From assembly GCF_006345805.1 (NCBI RefSeq), contig NC_042998.1:67456001-67520000 (forward strand): a stretch of DNA of 64,000 bases, read 5' to 3'. The notes under the pieces were generated by a model. That model did no database searches and was not told the origin of the DNA. It was given only the letters and a program-made list of their open reading frames with translations. The stretch is from Octopus sinensis (taxonomy: Eukaryota). Position numbers and translations under genes: made by a program. Positions 39,726 through 52,077 of this stretch are shown in pieces (positions within the stretch are counted from its first letter, which is position 1; each line of letters opens with the position of its first letter).

Positions 39726-41420
39726 CCAGACACACAAGACCTTTAATATTGCTGTTAATCTGCTGTCAGGAAGTGAAATAATCTTACATTGTATCTAGGA
39801 TATAACACTTCATCCAGATCTTGTTTAGCTCTAAATTAAATATTTTAACACCTCCACCTTATCACAACCTTCGAAAGCACTGACGTTGCTTTCAACTTAT
39901 TTAGATAATTTTCTAGCAAATCAAAATATTCCAAAAAGCTAAAGAAACAAGACGTTCTCTAGAGACATAATTGGATGGAAATCGATAATTGCATTCTTTT
40001 AGTCACTATATGCAATCAAAACCATTGTCCGTCGGGGTTCACTTTAACTTTCTCATAGTCAAGAGAAAATATAGAAATGAATTGGTAAATACTCAACTTG
40101 ACATATATTTCCCCACTCACTCATAAACGAAGGATTGTCACTCTATAGAACAAGAAATTTGGGCGTATTAGCTCAGATAGGATCAAGTCGATCTATGGAG
40201 GAAAGCATTTCCCTCGTGACCATATTTTCCCATGAAAACCATGTGGATACACATGAACAATAAAACTTTTCGTCTTAAGAGGATTGGCTATGTCTTAGTG
40301 GGCAATTGAGAGTGTTTTCTAGAAGGTCAAGTTGGTGGTTGCGGTGATTTTGTTAATGGTGGTATTTATAGCCCCGGGTCAGCCATGTTGAGCATCTCTA
40401 TCGTGTCAGATTTTCCAACTATGAACAATCCATTTTATTACATTTTTTTTTCAGGCAAATTATATCAAGAAATTGTGTCAGATGGTAGGATATGATCTGA
40501 GGGAAATTGACTGATCTTTTGTTGGCTCCTACGATCAGTTCCATAGCTAAATCATTTCTTCGTATTTCTGAATATTTGAAATTTAATAGTAGTCACATCA
40601 TCGCATCAGGTAATAGACGTATACCAGTAAAGCAGGTTATTAACGGCGTACGTTGTAAATTAATCTTCCTAGTTTACAAATTATCTTTCAACCGCATGGA
40701 CATTCCAGTAAGTTTATTTGGTTGAACGGCGCATATCTTAAATAAATTATTGTGTTGAGAGGTTTCCGATTGCATTCATTCCATTTTGATTTTAAAATTT
40801 AGTTCATTCTTCGAGTGATGCCTGCCATTTCAAATTATAAAACGGAAAACGTGAGCCACTATCAATATTTACGTTAATAATATTTACTCGGGAACTAGAT
40901 TACATACTAAAATCATAGTCAAATGAAGAATTTTTCATTTTAATCAGCATCGAGTGCCTCATTCGAATTGTAAAATGTCTTCAAACTTCCTATACAAAAC
41001 GCTATGAAAAAGTAATAGAGACACGATTATGTGACGTACGTACATACATGCATAGGTAGATAGGTAGGTACGTAGGTAAGTAGCAAGACAGACAGATAAA
41101 CTGAGATGTGTTTTCTCTTCGAACGCATCACCGGCGCAACAACAACAACAACTTCAGCAACATCAACAACAACAACCTCAACAACAACCTCAGCGGCAAC
41201 AAAAACAACTACAGCAACAACAACAACAACTTCAGCAGCATCAGCAACAACCTCAACAACAACGACAACAGTATGAACCACTCCTTGATTCATATACAAT
41301 GGCCGATTTGTTAAACGAAACGGTTGACAGGGTCTCACAGCAGGAAGCACCACCCCTTTCTTTCACTGCTCCAGTAGCTCAATCATCACCAGTCAACATC
41401 ATTTCCTCTGCCTACTACTA

Positions 41421-41560
41421 CTAGTACTGGATGCTAGATATATACCAGAAAACCTATCCCAGTCTGTTGTCCCAGTTTTCAAAAAAGGAAACAAATCCCT
41501 TGCCGTGAATTACCGTCCAACCTCACTCACCTCTCATAACATTAAATTATTTGAGAGAGC
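41421..41560 (+). pseudogene. LINE ORF2 reverse-transcriptase N-terminal fragment (CR1/L2/RTE-like)
   Basis: Translates as LDARYIPENLSQSVVPVFKKGNKSLAVNYRPTSLTSHNIKLFER, matching the VPxFKKG...NYRPISLTS...KxFER motif. Confidence 0.85.
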
Positions 41561-42784
41561 TCATTTATCTGGTGGCGACTTTAAAAGGCAATGAGTACCA
41601 TTTATTGTTTTGTGAATAACGAATGAATAAAAGTTATAGTTTACAAATTCTCCATGTTTGCTTTCACTAGACACATTACATAAATGCGAACCTTTCTTTT
41701 GTATTCCCAGTTTTGGGTCTCATTATCATCAGCGCATATCGAAATTAGCAGGTTTGTTTTCGTAACTAAGATGATATCACTGTACGTTTCAATTATGTTC
41801 AATTTATTGTGGATGTGATTTTGTCGTTAATTTTTCTTTTGTTTCCTTCATTAAGAATAAACATTATTTATAGACGAAGGATATAATTGACTTGCGTCAA
41901 GCATTCTCTTTGTTTCCAGTTTGAATAAACGATACTGAATAGAGTTTTTACTCTCTTATCATACCAAATATTTTAAAAATTAAATATTTTTCTAGTTTGC
42001 TGTTGAGGATAAATTAGTTGTTTTGTTGTTATTTTTTCCTCTTTTATTACTACGAAATAAGTTTGAGACTAACGTCATTTTTATATTCATCCTGTCTTGT
42101 TCTCTTATTTGCCTCAGTTATAGCCGCAAGCAGGTATTGTCTCTATTTTTTATTTCTTGACAACAGTAAATCATGAAAGACCAATAAAAAATATAACAAG
42201 AATGAATGATACAGACAATGTAAAATAGAAGAAAGAGTCTTTTCTTTTTTCTTTCAAATAATTTACAGCCTGATATAGAATTGGCAGCTTCTTAAATTCA
42301 TGTTTAAAAACACTATTTATTGCCGTATAAATATTTTATAGCACAAAGCTAGCCACTCGTTATGAGAACAAAACATTATTTTTTGGACGTAGAAATAAAT
42401 TATTAATATTAATCTGTAAAATTCTATAAGTTTCATGTTTTCCTTTTTTACCTTCTACTTGCTAGTTATCGCATTATAGTTATTATTGTTTATTAACTCA
42501 AAAATCTTTCTTACCAATCGTATTAGAACGGAAATATCTATGAAATACTAATTCGAAATTTGAAATATTTTGAATTAACTTTTTAGTAACCAAAATTAAT
42601 AAAAAATAAAGACTGTACCTCCTTATATCTTTAAATGTTTGTATTGCTGAAACTATACAACTTAAATCACAGCTGGCTGGTTTCGAATTTAATGAAAATC
42701 ATTGTTTCGATACTGGAAAGACATTTTGCAATGTCTTGAGAGGGTTATTACACCGATATTATTAACACACGCACGATAAGACAG

Positions 42785-43188
42785 CGTGTTGGCAGAAACG
42801 TTAGCCCACCGGACGAAATGCTTAGTGGTATTTCATCTACCACTACGTTGAGTTCAAATTCCACCAAGGTTGACTTTGCCTTTCATCATTTCGAGATCTA
42901 TAAAATAAGTACTAGTGAAACACTAGTCCTCTCCCCACAATTTCAGGCCTTGTGCCTATAGAAGAAAGGATCAACACACGCATTAAGGCGGCGACCCGGC
43001 AGAATCGTTAGTACACTGGTTGAAATGCTTAGCCTTATTTCGCACATCACCACGTTTCGAGTTCAAATTCGACTTTGCCTTTCATCCTTTCGGGGTCGAT
43101 AAAATAAATTCCAGTTGAACACTTGGGTCATTGTAACGGATTCATCCCCATTGCTTCCAAGCTGCCCTTCTGGCAAAATTTTGAAACA
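42785..43188 (+). mobile_element. Two tandem SINE family A copies
   Basis: Heads at ~42785 and ~42985, both with the family core. Confidence 0.85.
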
Positions 43189-43633
43189 ATTATTAACACA
43201 TGTACTAGTTAAATATAACATCTTTAGTGTTACTCCATCAAGAATCTTCTAAGCCAACTACAAAAGCAAAGAGTTTTGTAAAGTTTTCAGATATTTTTAT
43301 GGTCCTAAGCCAATAAATGAACTATAAATTGTAACATAAAAGCCCTTGTACCGCAGCAGTCATTGACTATTCACTGGCGAGGTTAATCTAACACAACTGT
43401 AATATGAAGATATTGAAATATTGAAATATTAGTTTCTTGTATTTAATGCTTTCTTTTTATTTCCTTCCGTTTTGTTTCTGTCGTTTACTTGTTAATACAC
43501 TGTGGCTATGCTGGGACACATCTTTGGCGAGTTCAGTACAACAAATTAGCCTCGGTTTTCATGTTTTGTTGAATTACAATGTTATAAAACTTAAACGAAA
43601 CAATACAGTTTGTGGGTGGTCTGAACAAACAGC

Positions 43634-43671
<38 letters not shown>

Positions 43672-43704
43672 CACACAGACACACACTCACACACACATAT
43701 ATAT

Positions 43705-43862
43705 AGTTGGAATTCACAAAGAATCAAAACAAAAGATAGGTGTGTAAACAACAAGCATATGTATTAGTTTAACGCTCAGGAAGTGAGAAAGTCTTTTACG
43801 TTTCGAGCCTACGCTCTTCAACAGAAAGGAACACAGAAATAAGCAGAGAGAGAAATTTTTTT
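43705..43862 (-). mobile_element. Short element with minimal HHR-like motif (family of 24480)
   Basis: Reverse complement CUUU-CUGUUGA-A-GAGCGUAGGCUC-GAAA-CG-UA^AAAG at 43793-43828. Confidence 0.7.
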
Positions 43863-43869
43863 TAATGTT

Positions 43870-43922
43870 TAGTGGCTTTGCGGATAACCAAAGGTCCGCG
43901 GACCCCACGTTGGAAACCACTG
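43870..43922. mobile_element. hAT (Charlie-like) element end
   Basis: GGTCCGCGGACCCCACGTTGGAAACCACTG is the reverse complement of a CAGTGGTTTCCAAC terminus. Confidence 0.55.
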
Positions 43923-45027
43923 CTGTAACACAATCGCAATTTGGTAACTATATATACATAGCGCTTCTAGTTTCTGTGTACGCCCAAGGCATTCGTCTGC
44001 CCGTTGCTATAAAGTACACTTATTTAACGTGAATCGCATGACTGAACCGCATTGTTGCAAAGCATAGATGTAAAGCGGAGATTTTGTGTAATCTCATCAA
44101 GTACTGGACGAGTACTCACCTCTTATCTCAGCTCCATCTGAGAAATCTGAGACAAGAATGTTTGAAATCTAGGTATGAAAACATCTAATGTAGGAAATTC
44201 CCGGTGAATTTGTAGAGCTTTGACTATAACACATTTTGGGTATCTGTTGTGGTATTTTGCATTTTGAGTTCAAATTCTCCAATACACTAATTTGGTGACA
44301 ACTATCATTTATGCCCCACCTAAGTAAATAGCTACAAGAAAATACATAAGTTTGGCATGAAAGTCTGCTACGTAGAACAAACATCATACTTCTTCGGATT
44401 TCTGTTCTGAAATGATGGAGAATATTTTTCGAGTATTTCTTCTGGTCCTAAGAACTGCGTTCAAATCTCGTTTCGGTCAAGTTTTGATGGTAGACTTAAT
44501 CGATCGACCACTTTAACAACACTTTGCATCTTATGCGTTTTAAACGATTACCCAGTGTTGCAAAGCCTTCCGGCCATATCTGAGTATTGAGCATAGGTTA
44601 CTTGTTTTTATCTCCTCCACTAGATCTAGATGTCTCTATAAGTGGCATATGCTCATCATTGCTTTCTGATAAATAAGGAGAAATATGACTTGAATTTAGG
44701 TAAACGAAAAGCAGTATTAATTTAGGTTTAGAATGCCATATTAAACATAACTCTAAATTATCGAAACCTGAAGGACTTTCGGTGTGAATGCAAAAACATT
44801 GCCAAACGCTTTAAATATATTCCTCTACAGAAAAAAGAATTACATCAATAGTGATGTGTTTTAGGGACAGTTTAAGATTTATAAACAGACACATTTATGA
44901 TCACAAATGAAATAATGACTACTTAGAAGAGAGAGAGATAAAGGATCCAGCTATCCTAAGTCGGCATGTAGCCCCCGTAGCAGCACCCATAAAAGACTAC
45001 AGGTATGTTTGGAGCATTGCTGTAACA

Positions 45028-45090
45028 CAGTAGTTCCCAACCCTTTTATTCAAATGAGTTTTCCCACGGACACCTTTTAATACGCTTAGC
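45028..45090. mobile_element. hAT (Charlie-like) element end
   Basis: CAGTAGTTCCCAACCCTTTT...CCCACGGACACC. Confidence 0.5.
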
Positions 45091-45114
45091 CTTGTGTGTG
45101 TACACACACACACG

Positions 45115-45194
<80 letters not shown>

Positions 45195-45261
45195 ATATAT
45201 ATATCATCACCATTCTCATGTAAACATATATATTATTTGTATATACAGGCGCTTATGTATT

Positions 45262-45440
45262 TTTTATGTACTTCAGTCATTAGACTTCGGCCATACTTAG
45301 GCACCTACTTAAAGTGTTTTAGTTGAACGAATCGAACCATCTATTTTTTTAAAAGTTTGATACTTATTTTATCTGTCTCTTTTCCAAACTGCTACATTAC
45401 AGAGAATTGTATTTTTTTCTTTGCAATTGAACTAAAAATT
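45262..45440 (-). mobile_element. SINE family B, degenerate 3' part
   Basis: CTTCAGTCATTAGACTTCGGCCATAC is the reverse complement of the family B tail. Confidence 0.7.
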
Positions 45441-45637
45441 TTATATCACATATCACATAATGCATTCACACAAGTGCAATTCCGTGAAATATTCACGCTT
45501 CTTTGTGTGCCAGATATATGCAATTTAACTATGAACGGCAACTATGTTTTTTTTTTCTTTTATGGGAAAAATCGAAAAATAAGAGTGAATGTTTATTTTA
45601 TGAGTGCTCTGTATTAAGTCCATAAAATTGTGCATAA

Positions 45638-45740
45638 AGTATATAGAGTGTATTATCCCCGCCTTTCGCACGGGAGACCGGAGTTCGTTTCTCCGCCTGT
45701 GAAGCGGGAGACCGGAGTCTGATTCCCCGCCAAAGAGGCA
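45638..45740 (+). pseudogene. tRNA-Asp(GUC)-like pseudogene with internal 34-bp duplication
   Basis: TATCCCCGCCTTTCGCACGGGAGACCGGAGTTCGTTT followed by CTCCGCCTGTGAAGCGGGAGACCGGAGTCTGATTCCCCG. Both resemble the eukaryotic tRNA-Asp segment TATCCCCGCCTGTCACGCGGGAGACCGGGGTTCGATTCCCCG. Confidence 0.75.
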
Positions 45741-45749
45741 CATACATTT

Positions 45750-45812
45750 TAAAGCGGTGCTCCAGCATGGCCGCAGTCAAATGATTGAAACAAGTAAAAG
45801 TATAAAAAAATA
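45750..45812 (+). mobile_element. SINE family B tail
   Basis: AAAGCGGTGCTCCAGCATGGCCGCAGTCAAATGATTGAAACAAGTAAAAG. Confidence 0.85.
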
Positions 45813-46026
45813 AGTAATCATTATATTCCAGTCTCTTTCACTTTTTAATGAGTTGCAGATGAACGACTACTTTTCCATACAGACATAACACAGACAACAC
45901 TTTCAAGGTTTTTGGATAAAGTTTTCAAAAATAATCCTATAGGTTTACCATTAATTTCGTGAAATATTCATGGGTCCCGCTAGTATAAAATAAACATACA
46001 TATGCATATATACGCATATGTATTGT

Positions 46027-46070
<44 letters not shown>

Positions 46071-46610
46071 CATGTATGTGCACATAAGCTTGCCGAAATG
46101 GTGTATGCATGCATGGATCAATCAATCAATGTTACAATTTCTGAGTTTTCAAATCTTCGATCTCCTAAAGGGGTCTCTCATTGATTAATGTTTAAGTGGC
46201 GGCGTATTTCACAACACGTGTTCAGTTTACTATTCATGCACAACCAACGTAAAACAGCTTGAGGTTGGGTCGTTTAATTGCATTTGCATTCTGACACACT
46301 TCCTGTTTCCGACTATGCAAATTCAACTCAAAACGATTGGGTCGACTTTAAATCTTCCAACTAAAACACCAACTTTTTAACCATTTGAGCATAGCATCTA
46401 CACATATTCGTAAACACGCGTATCTGCATATATGCGCGTGTGCGATGCAATAAACTCTCGTTCCTGAGCCTCTTTTGTAACTATCTGGCAATCAAATTGA
46501 ATGTATATTCATCTATTGGGTTCCATTTTTACTCTGTGCTCCAAATCTCTCTCTCACGCTCACACACACACGCGCACACTCACAAACACACACACACACA
46601 CACAAATATA

Positions 46611-46692
<82 letters not shown>

Positions 46693-48019
46693 GATCTATC
46701 AATCTAGATAGATAAGTACTGTTTAAGACAGATCATGCCATGACTCTATTGCGGGCAACCATTGAAAACTTTATCGCTTGCACATAGGAACTTTTGTTTC
46801 GTCTAATGAAATTATCTCTATAAACATTTCACTGCATGTCCCTTTATGACATGCTTAAAGAGCGAAGCCAGAGAGTTGTTTTCTTTTTTTTCTTTTAAAT
46901 ATTTATATTTTTTATGCAATTAGTAATTAGGGAATATAATTTCTAAACAACATATAGACCCTTCGCATAGAGAAGTTAATTATTAAACTCATTATGGAAT
47001 TATGGAATTTATTGGTAAAAATGTGAGCATAAATAACACCAGGTTAATTATGTGAATCGAAAGCCTAATTGGAGAGAAACATATAAACAGGATTTATTAC
47101 TATGAATTCAATGGAAATAAATCAAAATCTCGTGGTACAACATATAAGGTAGGATGTTCCCAATAGCTCAGCAGCTAACAATTAAAATACGACCAGTAGT
47201 ATACTGGATTTAGTGATATTGTCATTTATTCTATGTAGCATGCCAACATATCCCTGTTAATTTAATCCTGCTCACACGGAGAATGTACAATCATTGCTAC
47301 TGTAGCTAAAACAATGAAATGAGAATGTTGCAAATTTCCAATACTAAACGGGTTATATAGTTTTTATTGTAGACATGATATTGGAAGTTTAGGTAAAGTA
47401 CGTTTGAAACAATAATGTTGTTGTACAATGAAATATAAATTGAAACAAACTACAATTTCATATCCGTAAAAATACCAGAGTGTAGACTTAGAATAGTTAT
47501 ATGACGTTTCGAATCAAAGCTTATAGAATTTCATCCGATGGAATGATTGTATATTATAAAATAATAGAAAACATTTAGCAAGTATTACATGAAAATCCTT
47601 AAAAAGAATGTGCACGCACGCACAAACACATACATACATATATACATAGACAGACACACATATGATATATACACATGTATATACACACACACGCGTATGT
47701 CTTTATAAATGTATTTTGATATGGAACACACACACGCGTATGTCTTTATAAATGTATTTTGATATGGAACACACACACGCACATACGTCTAGATGTGAAT
47801 GATGTGTGGTTTAGAAATCCGCTTCATCACCACCTGATTTTGGAGGTAGCTTCAGTGTGTCGAACCTTGAGCAACTAGTGCTTAGTGAGAAGTTTGGCAG
47901 CGGAAACGGTGGGAAAGCCTGTCGCATATGTTAAGGTGTTTCTTTATGTAGTCTTATATATGCCTGTATTTTTATGTATATATGTATGACTTTTATGTAT
48001 ATATGTATGTATCTTCTGT

Positions 48020-48545
48020 TTTTTAATTATTATAAATTTAGGAGGAGGGAGCCCGTTTCCAACAAAGATACAAGGCTCTTTGGGATGTAGTTAACACGGA
48101 CAAATTCACATTTAGAACTTGAAGAAAGTCTTGCAAATTTTTACTGTTCCATTCAAAGATTGGACTTGTAATGTACGAATCAGACGGTCAATTTCTCTTT
48201 CTAAATATCCCAGTTTATCCAGATTCACTTTTAAGCATTTACTAACAAAAACTTGTGCTCCAATTATTATTCGTATGAATATGAATTCGTAGTCTGGATA
48301 TAGAAGCTGGAGGTTTTGAAACAGTTGTCCATAGATATCTCTTTTTCTTTGATTTTCAAATGGATATTTATATCTGCAGGGCGTCTAACCTCTATAATGA
48401 TACATACATTTGCCCCTCTATTTCAAACAACAATATCCGGCCTGTTATACTTACATTTGATAGAAGTTTTGATGAGAATATTCTACCAGTATTCCTTGAA
48501 TGGGTGTTTATGAATGTATTTCATAACCATTTGCTTTCCAGTATG
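48020..48545 (-). pseudogene. 3' end of a non-LTR retrotransposon with restriction-like (PD-(D/E)xK) endonuclease (R4/NeSL/HERO-like)
   Basis: KCKYNRPDIVV*NRGANVCIIIEVRRPADINIHLKIKEKE/IYGQLFQNLQLLYPDYEFIFIRIIIGAQ...GTVKICKTFFKF*, with 2 internal stops and 1 frameshift; terminal stop at 48112-48114. Confidence 0.85.
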
Positions 48546-48549
48546 TCCA

Positions 48550-48845
48550 GTACTTATTCTATCGGTCTCTTTTTGCCGAACCGCTAAGTAGCGGGGACAT
48601 AAACACACCAGCATCGGTTGTCAAGCAATGCTAGTGGGACAAACACAGACACACAAACATACATATATATATACATATATCCGACAGGCTTCTTTCAGTT
48701 TCCGTCTACCAAATCCACTCACAAGGCATTGGTCGGCCCGAGGCTATAGCAGAAGACACTTGCCCAAGATGCCACGCAGTGGGACTGAACCTGGAACCAT
48801 GTGGTTGGTTAGCAAGCTACTTACCACACAGGCACTCCTGCGCCT
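48550..48845 (-). mobile_element. SINE family B, lacking tail
   Basis: Reverse complement GCAGGAGTGCCTGTGTGGTAAGTAGCTTGC...GGTTCAGTCCCACTGCGTGGC. Confidence 0.9.
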
Positions 48846-48882
48846 ATATATATATAGTGTTTGTCCACTCCTGCGCCTATAT

Positions 48883-48922
<40 letters not shown>

Positions 48923-48959
48923 CTTTTTTTCTATTAACACAGATTAGGAGATCGAAAGT

Positions 48960-48994
48960 CCACCTGACGAATGTCATTGAAACGATTGTAGTGG
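48960..48994 (+). ncRNA. Minimal type I hammerhead ribozyme motif
   Basis: CCAC-CUGACGA-AUGUCAUU-GAAA-CGAUUG-UA^GUGG. Confidence 0.65.
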
Positions 48995-50045
48995 CGGTTT
49001 ATTTCTTTATATTAAAAATGTTTATGTATTAAGTCTTTCCTTGTTTGTTTTGCAAAGTAGTCGTTTTGTCTCGAATTATATTATATAATATTTTACTATA
49101 AAATTGGATTTAATCCTAAATCTGATTTTTCCCTGTAAATTTGGATTTATTCCCTAATATTTATTATATATATATAATTTCTCACGTCGTGTCAAAATCT
49201 CGTGACTATATAGGCCGTATGGTTATGGCTCCTCTTCAGTTATGTTTAGCAAGTGGCCTGTCTGAATGCTGTTGATTGATGTGCACACACCATCTTCTAC
49301 CACTAAGGAGACTGTGAAAATCTGTCGGTCGTCGATCATATTCCAAGACACGCCACCCGACGACTTACAAATTAGTAATGGTAGATGAAAACTGCAATTT
49401 ATTTCTTTATCATTTAGGATTATTTTTTTTAGCAGAAAGTCCAAGTGAAACAGTGCTTCGCATCAGAGAACTGAACCTGATGATGGTTAACTCACACAGG
49501 ATCTTACCAGAAATATTCGAGCGCATATTGCATTGATAATCACTTTAAATATATATCATTAGTTTCTTTTCACGTAAATTAACTGGAAATGAGTTTCAGA
49601 ACAAATAACTCTTGTTAGTGAAATTGAAAGAAGACTATAAACAAACACGAAAAAGAGAAGAAAAAAACATACGAAAAATATATGTAAAGTAAAATTGAGA
49701 TATAAGTAATAAGTAAACATAAACAGAATAGAAATGAAAAACAAGCAGCAATAAGAATAATAACAACAACAATATAGGTAAATACGTGACACTATACTTA
49801 TATCTGATTGCTTTACTTCAAGATAGATTTCTCTACTTATTTTTTTATTTTTTTTTATTTTTGGTTCTTCAATTTACAAGGTGAGTTTAGAGGCAACTAA
49901 AAACACAGTAGCATAAATATCACTTCAGCGACTTTAAAATTTCCATGATAAACATATATAATACTTATTCTTTAGATGAAAATAGAAAAAAACGCAAAAA
50001 ATACAAACATATCAAATACAACAAAATTTACGTATAATACATACT

Positions 50046-50092
<47 letters not shown>

Positions 50093-50419
50093 GCATGTGT
50101 GTGTGTATTTGTGTGTACGAGTGTTTATGTATGAGTGTGTTTATATAGACGTAAATAAATGTATACAGAGTTTTACCTTTTTTATCTTCATCTCAAAACG
50201 ACAATATTAAAATATTTTGGAGCAGTCATGGTCACAGAGTTATATAAGAAAGTAATTAGTTTCCGGAGTAGACTTAGCAATTATGGCCGTGTTGTTAGGT
50301 CACACTAATGTTTTATTTTGAAACCTCATATACCATTGAAGCGTCTCTTGAAATTAAATGGTGCAAAAACTAATAAATAGCTAATAAAATAAAGATAATA
50401 TAAGCACATATATACGTAC

Positions 50420-50432
50420 CTATATTTGCATA

Positions 50433-50464
<32 letters not shown>

Positions 50465-50512
50465 AGCATATATATATATAAGCATATATATATAAGTATA
50501 TATGTATGTATG

Positions 50513-50571
<59 letters not shown>

Positions 50572-50731
50572 CATATATATATAAGCATATATATATAAGT
50601 ATATATGTATATATAAGCATATATATGAGTGTATATATATATATAGAACTATATAGATATATAAGTATATATATATATTTATTTATTTATATATAGGTAA
50701 ATATATATATACGCATATAATTATATATATA

Positions 50732-50774
<43 letters not shown>

Positions 50775-50780
50775 GCATAT
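50420..50780. repeat. (TA)n with interspersed ATAAGC units
   Basis: Direct reading. Confidence 0.9.
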
Positions 50781-51001
50781 ACATGCTCGCACATGATTTT
50801 ATATGTCGGTGCTTATGTGTGTGTGTGTGCCCGCACAATTATGCATATTTTTAACAAATGGCAAGAGGCGAAAACAAACAGAACAGGAATCATATTTATA
50901 TATGTGCATGTATAAGTGTGTGTGCGTTTGTGTGTGTATGTATACATACATATATGTATATATATGTGTGTGTCTCGATCTCTCTGCATATGTGTATATA
51001 T

Positions 51002-51032
<31 letters not shown>

Positions 51033-51033
<1 letters not shown>

Positions 51034-51100
51034 AAGGCGGTGCTCCAGCATGGCCGCAGTCAAAATGACTGAAACAAGTAAAAGAATAAAAGAATAGAAT
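51033..51100 (+). mobile_element. SINE family B tail
   Basis: AAAGGCGGTGCTCCAGCATGGCCGCAGTCAAAATGACTGAAACAAG. Confidence 0.85.
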
Positions 51101-51679
51101 ATATATATATTGCTGAAGAGTGAGAGGGAATGAGAGAGAAGGGGAGGGAAAGATTAGATTCACACATACTTACACAGAGGGAGAGAAAGAGAAAAAGAGA
51201 GAAATATCTTGTAATAAGCAAAGATAGGGGAAGAACAGACTGAGGAAGAAGTGCTATTTCATAGATGTATCGCAACTATCACTTATTCTAGATATATTTT
51301 AATATACAATTTGTTTGAAAATAATATTTTGTCGGTTACTGGTGATGCTTCCTCACCGGCGACTGCTATGCTATTAACGTTACTACTACTACAACTACGA
51401 ATACGCATGATATTCAAAATAATGAAGAATTGTCATTACTTAATCATTTCTCTCCTTCAGAATTTGTGATTTTTTAGGGAATAATTTAGGGAATAAATCC
51501 AAATGAGAATAATAATTCAGAGAAGCAAAATAAAAGAAATATCAAGAATGTAGCCATTACATTTTCCCTCTTTAGTGCATCAAGTATCTGATGATAGAAT
51601 CTTTGCAAATTTCACAAGGGCGCCTATATACTTGATTTGAATCTCCCCATCTCTCAGCCCTCATCTCTGTCACTCTCTC

Positions 51680-51730
51680 TCTCATATACATACATACATA
51701 CATACATACATACACATATATATATATATG

Positions 51731-51796
<66 letters not shown>

Positions 51797-51894
51797 TACA
51801 TATATATCTGTATAAATATAAATATATATATAAAATGTATATGTATATATATATATGTATATATATATATGTGTATATATATATATATATATAC

Positions 51895-51946
<52 letters not shown>

Positions 51947-52043
51947 ATATATTTCTCTATGTACAAAATATATTCATAAGGATTAGTTTAAATTTTCTAA
52001 TGCTGCTTACTCATACTTATTGCTGTTAATATCAACCTCTTCA

Positions 52044-52077
<34 letters not shown>

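Noticed and set aside
47683-47780. Two copies of a 43-bp unit
   Set aside because: Ordinary slippage duplication between (CA)n tracts
49461-49530. CUGAUGA-UGGU...ACCA-GAAA-UAU...AUAUU with plausible stems II and III
   Set aside because: No stem I can be formed, and the core is sequestered by an upstream CATCAG; worth rechecking only if other copies exist
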